Shown: positions 13,494 to 30,938 of the stretch, piece by piece
Numbering within the stretch: the first letter of the stretch is position 1
How the letters are laid out: every line of letters begins with the position of its first letter
DNA from: Kudoa neothunni
Lineage: Eukaryota; Animalia; Cnidaria
Assembly: GCA_964304625.1 (NCBI GenBank)
Contig: OZ199838.1
Span: 14,627,907-14,691,906 of the forward strand
Reading direction: 5' to 3'
DNA length: 64,000 bases
Notes under the pieces: model-generated
The model's database searches: none
The model's input: only the letters and a program-made list of their open reading frames with translations
Told to the model about the DNA's origin: nothing
Translations under genes and position numbers: made by a program

Positions 13494-13988
13494 AGTAGAT
13501 AACAACGTTTTACTTTAGCTGACTATTTCAATTATTTAACTTGATATTTAGAGTTGAGTGATTGTGTTGTAGTCAAGAGGGCGTTATAATTTTTGTCGGA
13601 TAAAGTTGTAATAATTGGAGTTAAAAGTAAGTTTCTGACGTGATCTTCCGGTTAAATAGTTTGTATTATTTTGCTGATCTCCACAAATTTATTTTAATAT
13701 TAATTCCATAAATCGCGAATATTAAAAGTATAATACTTTAAAAAATTTTTAGCTTAGTCCTTTCTATGAATTAATTAAAAGAATTAGTGTGTTTTTAAAT
13801 GATTTTTAAAGGGATTTTCAACCCAAAATATGTCTATTTTCGGACGAAGCTGGGAACGTCGCGCCAGTATTCAATATTTGCGCAGAGACTATCCATTCAT
13901 GTAATAATATTATAATACCAAATTATTATTATTCTATAAACCAACTAAATTTAGAAATGTTTTATCCACTAAAATATAGTCTCGGCAA

Positions 13989-15374
13989 TTAAGCTGAACC
14001 ACCTGTAGGTGTTAATGGGGTTCCGCAAATAGCCTTGCAATCAACTAAAGTTTTGAAATTATTCAAGTTCATGTCTCTTCCGTTAAATTTAAACTCTTTG
14101 CATTTCTCGGTCTCTGTTGACGTATGGTCATAAAAATGTCTACTAATTTGATATGTCTCAGTGGTATTTGACGCCCCAGTTTTTGGTAGTAAACAAGCTT
14201 CAACAGCAGTTAACTGACCAATGTGTCCGACTATATTATATTCTTACACTTTATACAAAATTACGTTCATACTTGCGGGACAGAAACTTGCACACAACTC
14301 AACAGAAGCAAATATGTTTAATGCACCATCATTAATTTTTGTAGCTTCAGGTACTGTTTTTGACATGAAAGGTAAACATAAAGCTAGGGTTTTATTGAAG
14401 TAAAAGTACTCTTCTACTTCAGTTATTGTTTGATCTGACGGAACTTGATATGGACCTTCAGCCTCGCATGCGGCAACTTTCTTTTCTATTTGAGATAAAT
14501 ATATTATTTAAAACTGTTATATACTTATGCAGGTCTTGACACAGTTTGGCAAATCAGTGAAGAATCCTCTCTTGGCAAGTTTTCCAACAGCAGCATAAAC
14601 GCATCTGTTTCCATCTTTGTGAGGAACAATCCCCATTATCGGTGCATCAGTTTTTACTTCGGGTACAAATTTACAATCGAATTCATTTGGAGTAGCTGTC
14701 ATCGTATCAGCTTGTGCTGCAACTGCCATTCCACCGTTTTTGTTATCTGATATCATAATTATAAATAAATAATATTATTTTTTTAATCTTTTATTTTAAA
14801 AATTTTGTGAAATAATGAGAGAATCACTTTGGCAAGCTTGTTTACATTCCTTTTCTGATTCAAAGTTGTTTGCGTTTCCACCACATCCGTTGTATTGGAA
14901 GCGGTGACAAGAAGCTGCTTTGCCGTCAACAGAGTTCTTGTTGAAGTACCACCTTGTTAACATTTTATTGCCAGTTAAGCTACAAGCTCCATCTGCTTTC
15001 TCTAACTCACATGCATTAGCTTGTTCTTCAGGTTGGAATTTTACTGTTTGAACATTAACTTTTGAATTATAATAAAGGTAATATACGATGCCCGTTGCAG
15101 GCGGCTCTTGAAACAAAGTTATTGAAATTTCCAAGAGATCCAAGATAGGTAAAAGGTTTGCAAGTGGCATCAGTTTTGTCAATGTACCATCTCTCGACGG
15201 CTGCTTTTGCTTTTAGGTCCTCAGTCGCCAACCAAACTGGTGGTTGACCTGCATCTTTTTCATAAGAAGGTAAAGCTCTCTCTTTACAAAATAGGTCAAT
15301 ATAAATGGCAAATTAAAGCAGTTACCAGCAGTAACAATCGCTAAGAAAAAAGAAAATAATGAGAATATCAACAT
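13989..15374 (-). CDS. Secreted protein with five Kunitz/BPTI-like domains (about 385 aa, 6 exons)
   Basis: Signal peptide MLIFSLFSFFLAIVTA. D1 RWYIDKTDATCKPFTYLGSLGNFNNFVSRAAC. D2 is canonical: ACELEKADGACSLTGNKMLTRWYFN...CHRFQYNGCGGNANNFESEKECKQAC. D3 DCKF...RCVY...FFTDLPNCVKTC. D4 ACEAEGP...YFYFNKTLALCLPF...NIFASVELCASFC. D5 ACLLPKTG...RHFYD...CKEFKFNGRDMNLNNFKTLVDCKAIC. All five introns are phase 1 and the frame stays open. Confidence 0.92.
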
Positions 15375-15909
15375 AGTATAGTTCACAGTAATGTAAAAAA
15401 GTCGTTTATAAATGATATTAGATATGAATCGTCTCCGTAAAAACATATTCGGTACTCGATTAATTCATAATTTATTAATCTGATTGAGTTACTGACATTT
15501 TCGAATGGTTTTTAATGTGGACCAAAAAATACGGCTCACACAATGCAAACCTATTTTAATTGAGTGAATATACACTATTAATTTTAGGTAGACAAATAAA
15601 ATAGTTTTAAAACAATGTTTAAATATAAAAGAATTGGACTATACCTAATAGAAGTCTATTTAAATTAATTAAATAACTATATATATGTAGTATAAATCAG
15701 AGAATTAATTTTAATATATTTTACGATTATATAATAACCAATTTTATGACGCCTGTGTAAGAATATCTGTTTTATTTGATGCTTCCAACCCGAAGCAAAA
15801 GCTGATGTTAAATTTTTTTTGTTTCACCGTTTTTCAATTAATAAAAATATATTAATTTAATTTTATGGCTTTGAAATAAAAAATATAGATATGGAGTTTA
15901 TATCAAATA

Positions 15910-17014
15910 CCAACACGAATTTCCCAGCTTCGCACAGGATTTGGAATATTTTCTTGTATATAAGAACATATATTAGCAATAAAAATAAATGTCAATTCTT
16001 TCAATTAACCTATAGGAGAAATAAAATAAATCTTGTTTTAAAATATGATACTTTTAAGGACTGAAATGAGGGTAGGTAAAATTAAGATCATTTTAGAGCG
16101 ATCACAAAAGCCGTGAAAACTGAATAACTCGATTGTAACTTGCGACAATTAATTTTTATTGCTCAAACTAATATCCCTTTATCCGTCATATTTTTATACA
16201 TTGTTTTCTCAACATGACTGCGTACTCTCTTAATATATAAAAAATAATTTTAAGAATTATAAAAAACAGAATTTTAACGGACGCATTAAATCTTATTGCT
16301 TGAATAAATTTAATGGGTATTTTGGCGAACTTTGAGGACCCAGTCTCAGTACTAAAAGTTTTCACCCATCTGGTTATTACATACTCCATCAATTCGTCAT
16401 TAATTTAACAAATTCGCATCCATTCGTGTTATTTAAAGCCATCTATAAAACGCTGACGATGTACATAGTAAGTCAAATACATTAAGTTCCAATGTATGAA
16501 GTGTATTTAAGCACATATCCAAATGGACACATTTACTTTATGTATACAGATAGATAACATTGTTAAATTAACGGTTTATCGAAGCATATAAGGAAGAATG
16601 TTAACTTTAATTGACTATGTCTCTGTAATAAACAGATTTTAGTCCTGTTTATGAAATTGTGTAATTCGTTAAGCAAATTGAAACTGATAAAATCAACATT
16701 ATCCAAATGTTTCAGCGGCTTTCAATGGTAAAAGAATTAAAGATTTTTTCCGACATTACAAATTATTAGAAGTTTCTCTGTGTTGGATATATATATTCTT
16801 TTATATTTGACTTATGCTCGATATTAATTGTTTTGTGTCGTGTCTTGCAAAAGTGTTTCTATGGCGCTAACCAAGATGAGTGCGAAACAGGATACAGCGG
16901 GAGACTCAATGAATGAGGGAGCCGAGACAACACTCTGTAAGGTAAAAAATTGACGTACGAGCGCACTTTAGGACATACGCACATACCGACTGTCCTCTTG
17001 TATATATATAAAGA
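15910..17014 (-). mobile_element. Non-autonomous Helitron-like element, family A copy 1
   Basis: 5' TCTTTATATATATACAAGAGGACAGTCGGTATGTG and 3' ...CCTGTGCGAAGCTGGGAAATTCGTGTTGG|T. Both ends and internal blocks resemble 24659-26219 in the opposite orientation. Confidence 0.7.
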
Positions 17015-18154
17015 TAATTTTAACTAATAGCAATAATGATTTATTATATAACACACAATAATAATTAGTGTATAGCTTTGTTGAATTAATTCCTCAATTT
17101 TTAAAATATATGTGAATATATTCAAATTATGAGAAATTACATGTTAACAACAATCTGTAATGGAGTATAATACGAGCATGCATGTAATAAATTACATTAT
17201 TTCGAATTATTGAATGCATATTACGGTGTTATAATTATTTTTAATTTGTTTTTAAATTAATACGCTATAACATTTTAAAACTATTTTTTAGAAAATGTTA
17301 AAAATAGAGCCATGTGGGAGTGCAATTTTTGCTCTCGTTCATTTAAATTTTAAATGAACATAGGGCACGACAAAATTAGAGAATTTCTGAGGGGTTACAT
17401 TAAAAAGGGCTATTAAATTCAATTAAGATATTGACGGAAATGCTTAAAATATTTTTAGGAATAATTATTTAAAAATAATTAACCGTCTCTTTCCTGTGGC
17501 TCGTTTATCTTTTAGAGATAAAAACTGAAAAATATTTAAAAAATCATACTGCTTTGAAGTAGATATGAATTTAGTTACCAAGTTAAAGGGATTAATTAAA
17601 AACCATTGAGAATCCTTATTTTAAGGGTTAATAAATCACCAAATTTCGTTTTCGAAGAAAGACGATACCAAATAAAATCGATAAGTTCCTGATAAAAATT
17701 TATAAAATAGGCACTAAGACTTTGATTAGGGTATTTTTTACAAACTTCACCACAGGCGCATCTAACGGATGATACGGCGTTTATGACATCAACAATATAT
17801 ACGCATGCGTGTTATAAACAATAGAACTTCCTTCGCGTTTATTAATTCATCTATCTAGTTAAACCTTATTTTACATTCATACTACTTCAACAATAAATGT
17901 AGATACCTTACTATCGCAAATAAATTAGAAAGAAGCGTTTTTACAATATTTTGAATTATTTTGTATGAGAAATGTCGAATTATTTATGTTTTTTTTTGAG
18001 GATTTTATCGATATAGTCGATGATCTCTTATTTAATACATCCTATTAAATAACGCAATCAAGTGAACTAATATTTATAAGCGACGACTGTCGGAAAATTT
18101 CTCTTATTCCACTAATCTGCCTAGGGACGCTTGTGTTTACCTCAATTTTGCTCG

Positions 18155-18495
18155 ATGTCTGAAGTAAAATTGATTTTTACATGAATTCTATTCTAAGACT
18201 GAAATAGGAATTCGTTAAATACGCTGAAGAGGTTAAAAAATTGTCTAAAAAGCCAACCGATGATCAACTTCTTGAGTTGTATGCACTCTATAAGCAAGTT
18301 ACCGTCGGCGACTGCAATACAAGTTTATTTTTCTCATTTTTGCTTTTTAAAATTTAAAAAGATAGTCCTGGAATGCTAAACTTTAAAGATAAAGCCAAGT
18401 GGAATGCATGGAAGTCCAAAGCTGGTGTGTCCAAGAGTCAAGCTGAGGGACAATACATTAGTTTTGCAAAAAGCCTCATTGAGAATGATTCCTAA
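18155..18495 (+). CDS. DBI: Acyl-CoA-binding protein (ACBP/DBI), 3 exons
   Basis: MSE|[38 protein letters not shown]|[44 protein letters not shown]. Carries the LYxLYKQ and KWxAW signatures. Confidence 0.95.
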
Positions 18496-19084
18496 CCTTT
18501 GCACATATATAAATATATAGCCGTCTTATTAACGTGCATAGATATAATTTCTTGAATTAACATTTCGATCTGTCGTATACGAAATAACGTTTAATATTTC
18601 ACCTCAAACCAATGAGTTTTTTATTATTTCATGTGCATAAATAATGTGATCTATGTGTAAATTAAAATCAAAACTATGCGCATGGTTTTATTATCGTCAT
18701 TTCTCAACTGGATTTTTTAATACAAATAAATTTCGAGTGCCCGGAAAATTTGGGCCCAGCCATTTTCTTTCCAGATGGCGAGATTCTGTTTAATTGAACA
18801 CATGCATTTGTGTATGCGTGTCATAGTTTTTGTATACTTCCAAAAACTTATTTACGTATTTACTTATTTAATATCAGTTTTTACTACATTATTTTAACCG
18901 AATTAATATACATGATTTATAATTCAGTATATAGGTGTATTCTTGAATTAATAATTAAAAAACTCTAAGAGAAAGCAGTAGATAATGATAAAAACATAAT
19001 ATATATATATATGCATGTAGGATTAATCCACAATTTTGACACTGAGAATTCAATATTATTATAATTCTACTTCAGTTGATCGTA

Positions 19085-20031
19085 TTAAACACAATTCGTA
19101 AAATGTCTTTTAGCAAAGCTACTAGCTATCTTTAAAATAATCTCTTCATTAAAATCGGGATTCCTTGATTTTTCGATGTATTTTTTCAAATTCGAAAAAA
19201 CGTTTGTTATTTTTTGATCCTTGATTTCTAATATTTCCCCTCCTCTCTGTAAGTGATTCAATATCAACTTTATTTGAAATCTCCAGAATGTCCACATGTT
19301 TGATAAACTCTCCAATTTCTTTTTACTATCAAGATTCACATATTCTGATTCTGTTGCCCTTCGATAACAACACCTAAGTATTTCATTTGAATATTTATTT
19401 TTAAAGAAATACGATTAGTAAGTCAACAGTAAAATATAAAAACCTTTGTTTATTGTTCCCGAACTTCTCATTTATTAATGAAAATGAGTGATACACTATC
19501 ACAACTATTTGTTTTATCCCCTCTGGGGCCTTTTATTTTTGTGGTGATTGTTATATCCCTAGAGATTAAGCAATAAACATAATTAATTTACCGCTCACAT
19601 TGAGGGATTATATATTATATTCTCCTAGTTATCGTATTTTGAGTTAACGCGTGCCTCTTTCTTAGCGTAAATTTGCAACTATTTACAGTGATACCAACAC
19701 AACGGCAACTTTTCAAATAGGAACCACAAAGTGATTCATTATTTAATAATGTGCCATTCCTGAATTTCTCATTAAGGGCAGTCGAATATTCATCTACGGA
19801 TATTTTATATAATGTTCGACTGTAACATAAAAATTCCAAATAATCTTTAGTGTCAATCTTGGGGCTCATTAATTCAACTTTCACATCGACGCATTTTATG
19901 ACAAGTTTTTAAAAGAATATTACATTCAAAATTTTCTCCAAAATAACTAATGAATGCATAAAAAAACATCAAAAATATCTTTAAACAATTTATAAGCTTA
20001 ATTTAACCAAAAGAAACCGAATGCAGCCCAT
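19085..20031 (-). CDS. Unidentified multi-exon gene, probably secreted; one middle exon does not read through cleanly
   Basis: MGCIRFLL|IFLMFFYAFISYFGENFE|FELMSPKIDTKDYLEFLC... with plausible short GT-AG introns. Last exon RCCYRRATESEYVNLDSKKKLESLSNMWTFWRFQIK...HFTNCV*. Confidence 0.5.
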
Positions 20032-20237
20032 TTAATCACCGACGCACACCAAAACTCATTTATTATCCGAGGCATTATCTAAAAATACTTATTCTTATAA
20101 TTTACTCCCAAAAATTTTATAATAATGCCCCAACAACTTTCGAATTTTTGATATCAACTAAGAATGAAAAATTGGCGGCACTTCCAAATGTCGTAAAACC
20201 ATTCGGTTGAAATCGTTTTAATTGAACAGGGCACTAA

Positions 20238-24485
<4,248 letters not shown>

Positions 24486-24658
24486 CTATTTCCAAAATGC
24501 CCCATTTTTATCACTCAACGCCTTCCTTATATTGTGATATTATGTAGGTAATGAGGAATATTCTCAATGTGTTATTATTTCATCAGCGAAAAAACCTGTT
24601 AACTCATCATGGTTAATTTTTACCTTTACATATTATTTTATCCTTTGTATGTATAAAG

Positions 24659-26219
24659 TTTATATATATATATATAAAGGAGGACTGTCGGTATGTGTGT
24701 TTGTGTGTGTGCCCATGGCTGGCAGGGCTTGAATTTTTATGATCATCTTGGGTTTTATTGAAACTCGGTAAACATTAAGGAATAACACAATTTGTTTATG
24801 TACGGCATTAATATTTATATTTTTAATGATGTATCCTATTCAGATTATATCATGCAGCAGCGCTTCCCAACTAAAATTGAACTCTTACCTGCTTGCATAC
24901 GATAAGGTGTGGTGTAACCGACTCAAAATTTCTCACAAATTATTTCTTATTATGGTCGAATCTCGCACCCCAAGTCCACAGCCCACACCCTTGGGATGCG
25001 GGAGCCGTTGTCATGCAGGGTTTAACATTCGCGATATTATACGACAACACATTATTAGAAAATTTAAACGTTATTTCAAAATATATTTTGAATTATGAAG
25101 TAATTAATTGTGAGTGTATTGATCTACACGAGACATTAAGTATGAGTTAGTGCTCGTGCCAAAACATCGCAAACATACAACGATAAATTTGAATTTAATG
25201 TCTGAGGACGTAATTGTTGAATCGGAAGAAGGTTAAAAACTTTTATTGATGCGATTTTATTTTTAGTTTACTTTAAAGTAATGTTTTTCTCGGCCTTGGG
25301 TTTTTTTAAACTCCGCTGGCAGCCCTTCGTGTGTTCGCAAGTACGCATATGTGGTAAAGAATTTTCCTTATAGATAGAAATTTATGGAACTTTTAATAGT
25401 TTAAGATAATTTAAAAATTAATGTAGGAAACTGTGTTGTCCTCGATGTTAGTTTTGTTAAGTGGATTAAGTGTTTCAGTAATAGGATTATATTTGTTTAA
25501 TCATGGCAACGCTTATGTACACCGAACTTCCGCAAGTTATTTCAAATGTTTTTAGTGGATAAATCTTATATCGTTTATCTATCTGTACATTTAAAATAAA
25601 TGTTCCATTTGGACGTGTGCTTAAATACGTTTCTTCTTTTTGGAACTTTTAATATATTTGGTTTGAAAAGCATACCTTAAAAATTCTATAAGTGGCATTT
25701 AATATAGCAAAAATATGAAAATTTTCTAAATTAATGAAGAATTGGAAGCGTACGTTGTATTCAGATGGATTCCATCCTTACATACTGAAACTAGGTTCCT
25801 AAATTTCATTATAGCGACCGTTAAACTTAATTTTAAGCAATAAGAGTTAATGTATAGATTGAAATCTTACTTTATCTAATTATTTAATTATTTTTGGTCA
25901 TAATAAGAAACTATACAACGGTTTCGAGGAAAGTGTATACAAAAATGTGTCGGATAAAGACATCAATGTGAGCAATAAAAATTAATCATCGTAAGTTATT
26001 ATCGAGTTATTCAGGCTTTTCTACTTGCATAATCTCTCCAAAATGATCTCAGTTTTTTACTGTGCCCATCACAGTCGTTAAAAGTGATATTTAAAAAAAT
26101 AGATTTATTTAATTTCTCCTCGGGGCTACTCAAGTGTCTGATATTTCATTATTTTTTGACCGTATTCTTCTATGATGAAATTTTCGCAATCCCGCGCGAA
26201 TGTGGGAAGTTCGTGCTAG
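24659..26219 (+). mobile_element. Non-autonomous Helitron-like element, family A copy 2
   Basis: 5' (TA)n-AAGGAGGACTGTCGGTATGTGTGTTTGTGTG. 3' hairpin region CCCGCGCGAATGTGGGA followed by GTGCTAG|T. Homologous to 15910-17014. Confidence 0.7.
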
Positions 26220-26577
26220 TTCACTATATATATAACCTCGCGTTATTTGTGTATGTAATCACGACGAAATATCTCTCGAAAATTCTATTTCGATAATATT
26301 AATTTTTAAATCATTTTATAAGAGGGAAATTTTAAATAATTATTTTGTTCATAACAAATTAAATATTTTGGAGTCTTAATTTTTACTAATATAAGAAAAA
26401 ACGATATTATAGCTTTAATATCGAATCACAGGAACACAAATCAAGGCTATCGCTAACACCAATTAGTTTTACGTTGCTACAAAAAAAGTCCTCTTCAACA
26501 GCGAATACTTACGTGAAATGAAAATGATTTCTTTTCCTTGCACCTATCAATTTTTGTCATAGAAATCAAAGGTAATA

Positions 26578-28933
26578 CAGTCAACAACGGTTGTTGCGTA
26601 GGTGGATATTTCGCACTTTTCGTTGTCATTATTTTATCGTTTTGTAAAGTGCAATTCTATCTTATAAGTGTTTAAGCTATTAAGGAAATATTTTGAATTA
26701 TTTTTATATTTATAAATTTTATCCATGTGTACAAATGTATTAGTACTATGGTTTCCTTACAGGATTACATGTTGTTATTTTAATCTGAGTAGATTCGTTG
26801 ATTTTAAACTATAATTGTTGGTCATTGTACATAAATCAAAAAACTATGATGATAACACACATAAATTTACGCTTTTACTATTAGATTGTTTTAGGGTTAA
26901 ATTATCTCCATTTTATTGCAAAAAAAATAATAATATAAATACAGAATAAATTTCTTCATTAGAGCATAATTTTAATTGCTGATCAAGATAAAAAAATATT
27001 TTTATAATATTTAATGTTATTGATGTAATTACGACAGATGGATAATGTTAACAATGTGGATGACGTTTAAATATTTTATATAAAAACTCTGAGCTTAATT
27101 ACTAAAACAAATTGACTTCTTTGATGAACATATCTCCGAGATCCTAAATCGATGATCAAATTGATGTTGAATAAAATATACATGATCCGATAGAATCTTT
27201 GAAGAATCTTACCAACAACAATCAGGATAACAATATAATTAAATTTTATTTTCCTTCGATTTAATGAATCATCTAAAATCAATTTTTATTGATTGATAAT
27301 AAACTAAAGTGTCTATTCTCTAAAATTTGCAAGATACGTATATAAAGGTGCGAACGGATTAACAAATTCGTTTAAACCTTACATAAAATATTAAAACGAT
27401 ATAATACCAAAATAATCCACGCGTATAACATTTTATTAAAATTATCATACTCTTCATTAATTTCGAAACATTACTAAGTTTTGTTTTTGTGTCTGCGCAA
27501 TCTAGCGCCTGTATGGAGCAGAAGTTTTATTTTTTATTTCCTGAAATCTATATTTTATTTTTATGTAACTCCTAGTAAAATATTTCTTTAGGAAAGTAAG
27601 ATTTTCGACGATGAATTAACTTTTAAACAATTTGGGGAAATTCTACAATGATACATTTAACTCTCAATACGTTTGTTGATCATTATGATGAAAGTAATTT
27701 AGAAAAAGTTATATATTCCTGTTCAACCTTTTTTTAATAAATTTATTATAGGTGTTGTATTTTTCATTATAAATAACGTATAGATTAATACTATTATAAT
27801 GTGGGGAACAACGGTTTAAAAAATCCGATGGTAGATATCTTCCAATATTAATTACATATCTTTTAAATTTAGCTATTGAAAACCGTTAAAAAAATTTATA
27901 AACTAAAGAATCATTATTGATTATTGAAAATGATGTTTAATTGTGAAAATTTGAAAATTTTAGTAGTGTAACTAAAAAAATTTTTACATACTGAAAACGG
28001 GCCTATAATAATAAATGACAAGTATTAAAAAGTGAATAATATATTGGAACAAATTGCATTTTTTGGATTCAGATATGTTTTTTTGCGTCACAATTAAAAA
28101 TAATTATTTTTAAATATGTATTTTATAAAAATATTTTATTGCGTTCTTCAACTGTAATAATATCTAATTGCATCATTGTTAAAAAAATGGAAATGAATAT
28201 AAATAAATATAAAATATTATATAAGATGAAATCACAAACTTCAAAATTAAATTAAACGTAAGATATAACTTCATTCCAAGCACGCGCACATCCACATATG
28301 CCATGGTTCTAATGTATATTTTTTGCTTTTCTTACCCAACCAAACCTTGGTAAATCTAAATCTGTTCATAATTTAATTCCCAAAATTAGATTTTAAAGAA
28401 AAATTTATCGAAAATTAATTCAGAAGGAATACCGTTCTAGATACACAAGACGATCAAGTTTGTCTTTAATTCTCAACTATGAATGTTTTAATAAATCAAA
28501 TAAGGTGGTTATATCATTATTAATCAATTAGATCATGGAAAACATGTGAGATTATAGAATCTTGTTTTTATTCTTATAAGAAAAATCTATCTATTTGAAA
28601 TGAAAATTATCAATATGATGCTAATCACAATGAAAATGAGCACATCACGTATGTATTAAACGCGGAAAAACGGAAGAATTCTATCTCAGAAATACGCTGA
28701 CGCATTATAACTTAAGACCCAAATGTATTGAATGATTTCTATCCAATGATGGATAGGATATCTGATATTGTAAAATATACCTAGGAGTGTACTTTTACAA
28801 CAATGTTTCCAAAAAATGAATGTTAATTAGTTTGTTTAACAGAAAATTGAGTTTTATATTTCATGCGCACAGAATGTGCATTTTGCACTTTTTAGGGAAT
28901 GGCAAAAAGGTGTGCGATAACTGTTGTTGACTG
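26578..28933. mobile_element. Decayed pogo/Tigger-like TIR element
   Basis: TA|CAGTCAACAACGGTTGTTGCG (26578) is inverted relative to TGCGATAACTGTTGTTGACTG (ends 28933). The right flank is TG rather than TA. No intact ORF. Confidence 0.6.
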
Positions 28934-28979
28934 TGTAACGTATGAATTATAAGGGTTGTGACCCAGCAACCATGGGTGC

Positions 28980-29054
28980 GCAATCGAGTGCAATGCGGTA
29001 TGGCACCATCGCCTTTTAATGCAAAGAACCCAGGTTCGAATCCCGGTCAAGACT
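28980..29054 (+). pseudogene. Degenerate tRNA-like sequence (tRNA pseudogene or SINE head)
   Basis: Perfect B-box/T-loop GGTTCGAATCC inside the stem CCAGG...CCCGG, an A-box-like TGCAATGCGG, and a CTTTTAA loop-like 7-mer. Acceptor and anticodon stems pair poorly. Confidence 0.55.
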
Positions 29055-29762
29055 TCGTGTTACAAGCTGTAATCGCACTGTTTAATTATTATTTCATGAA
29101 AAAGATATATTTAATTCAGAACCTCTGTTAGTTTTAGCCGCATTAAAAAGAAAAAAAAGGCTGCAATTTCTTTATACTCATCACTCCAAATTATCATACT
29201 TCGAGTTCTAAAAATCTTGTCACCAACGGACTATACGAAATGTGGTCCCTTAACTCTTAATTCAATAATCCTTTACTACCTTTAAATTTAATCCTACGAA
29301 AATATGTGATATGTACATAAGATTTTTATATTTTTTTTATAAGAAAGTTTATTCGTTTAAATTTGTTATAATACCACTAATACCATTGATTAAAAATATA
29401 ACTATCCACGCACGCGCAGAATACAAATTAAAATTTTTGCTTGTGATATAATATCATATTAAACATAAAAATATGAATAAACGTAAAAATATTAAATTTA
29501 AAATTATCATTCTTAATAAATTTAATTCAAAAGCTCATGAAATGAATACCAAAAATTTCGGTTTAGATTTATAATAGGAAAAATCAAGTCATAAAATTTA
29601 AAAACATAAAAAAATGAACTTACCGATATCATTAATTCCTAGAAATTATATCTTTGAATAAGTACACCATCTAATATAATAAATTTCGATATTTTAAAGA
29701 AATAAATAAACAAATTGAGAATGAAGTTAAAATTTAAAAAGAATGCGCGCGTCGTTTTAAGC

Positions 29763-30314
29763 ATGAAGGCGATTCGTCCTAACTATTTGCTTCGTTTTGA
29801 TTTACGTGCGATTTTACAAATAACAATCAAATATAGCGTGTTTGATGTCACATCTATATATTATTCGTATTTTTCAATTATATAAATTATTGCGATAACA
29901 GTCGCATAATGATACAATTTCCTGTTCTCTAGGCTACTCTATGATTTTTGTACAACCAAAGAACGGTTAGTTACCAATTCAAATACTATTATCAAATTAG
30001 AGCACAACAAAACGACAGGAAATGCATTTGCTGAATTCAAATTCAGTGAATATTCATCTCTTTATCAAAAATTATTTTATGGAATTTAGCCGATGGATCT
30101 ATTTTGCGTTTTGATGATAATCATCCACACCTACTTAATATGACGGACGCATTTGCTAAGCATGCCTACAAGTATTATACTCCGCTTCCAGTTGTAAAGG
30201 GCAAGGTAATTTCGCCTAAATAAATCAAACATTATTGAATTGATGATTCTAATATTCATTTTTAAGGCAAAAACAAAGATGGTCACTTTTAAAAAAGCAG
30301 ATAAATCCAAATAA
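29763..30314 (+). CDS. MRPL53: Mitochondrial ribosomal protein mL53 (4 exons, absent from the ORF track)
   Basis: Spliced product MKAIRPNYLLRFDLRAILQITIKYSVFDVTSIYYSLLYDFCTTKERLVTNSNTIIKLEHNKTTGNAFAEFKFTDGSILRFDDNHPHLLNMTDAFAKHAYKYYTPLPVVKGKAKTKMVTFKKADKSK*. By eye it aligns without gaps to animal mL53 (TN, FxDG and M..AFAxH positions). Confidence 0.75.
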
Positions 30315-30938
30315 ATTGTTTATTTATATTTTTCGTGTTTGCCTAATTTTATGCGTTATATTTATTAAAAACGACACGTCTATCTGAATTTTTACGTTGT
30401 GAATCAGATTGGTTTTAGCTGTTAGATTTGCGATCGTTTTCTGTAATATTGAATTCATTTTATTAATTTGGAGTCTATAGACTTTGGGAATAAGTGGTTA
30501 AAATTGATTGTGTTCTTAAACTGTGTTCAAATATGATAAATCAGATATGCGCTTATGTAGGTTGAGCTAAGCTACATTTGGATCTGTTAAATTAAAATTT
30601 TTAATTACAGTATTGTGACAATCATCGATACCATTGAATTTAAGTTATCTTATATATTATACTTTAGTTGCTAGAATTTTAAAGTGTATAATAATTTATC
30701 AATTGTTAATTATTTATCTTAGTAAAATGCAAAATTTGAACGATTAAATTTGGTTAATAATTTTGGTATATCGAAGATGTAAGTTTAACTGTTATGTAAT
30801 AAAGAAATTGACTGTTGTCATGGATCTAAAAACAACAATTATGCTTGAATATTTCTATTAAAACGATGGTTCCATAAACATTTTAACTTACCTACGCTTA
30901 TCGGAATCATGTATTTATCTCAGTAAACTTATAAATCA

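Noticed and set aside
28980-29054. Functional tRNA-Lys(UUU) gene
   Set aside because: The acceptor and anticodon stems do not pair; only the T-arm is convincing.
29755-29765. Trans-splice acceptor (TTTTAAG directly before the mL53 ATG) suggesting operon-like processing
   Set aside because: Not seen consistently at the other genes, and expected by chance in AT-rich DNA.
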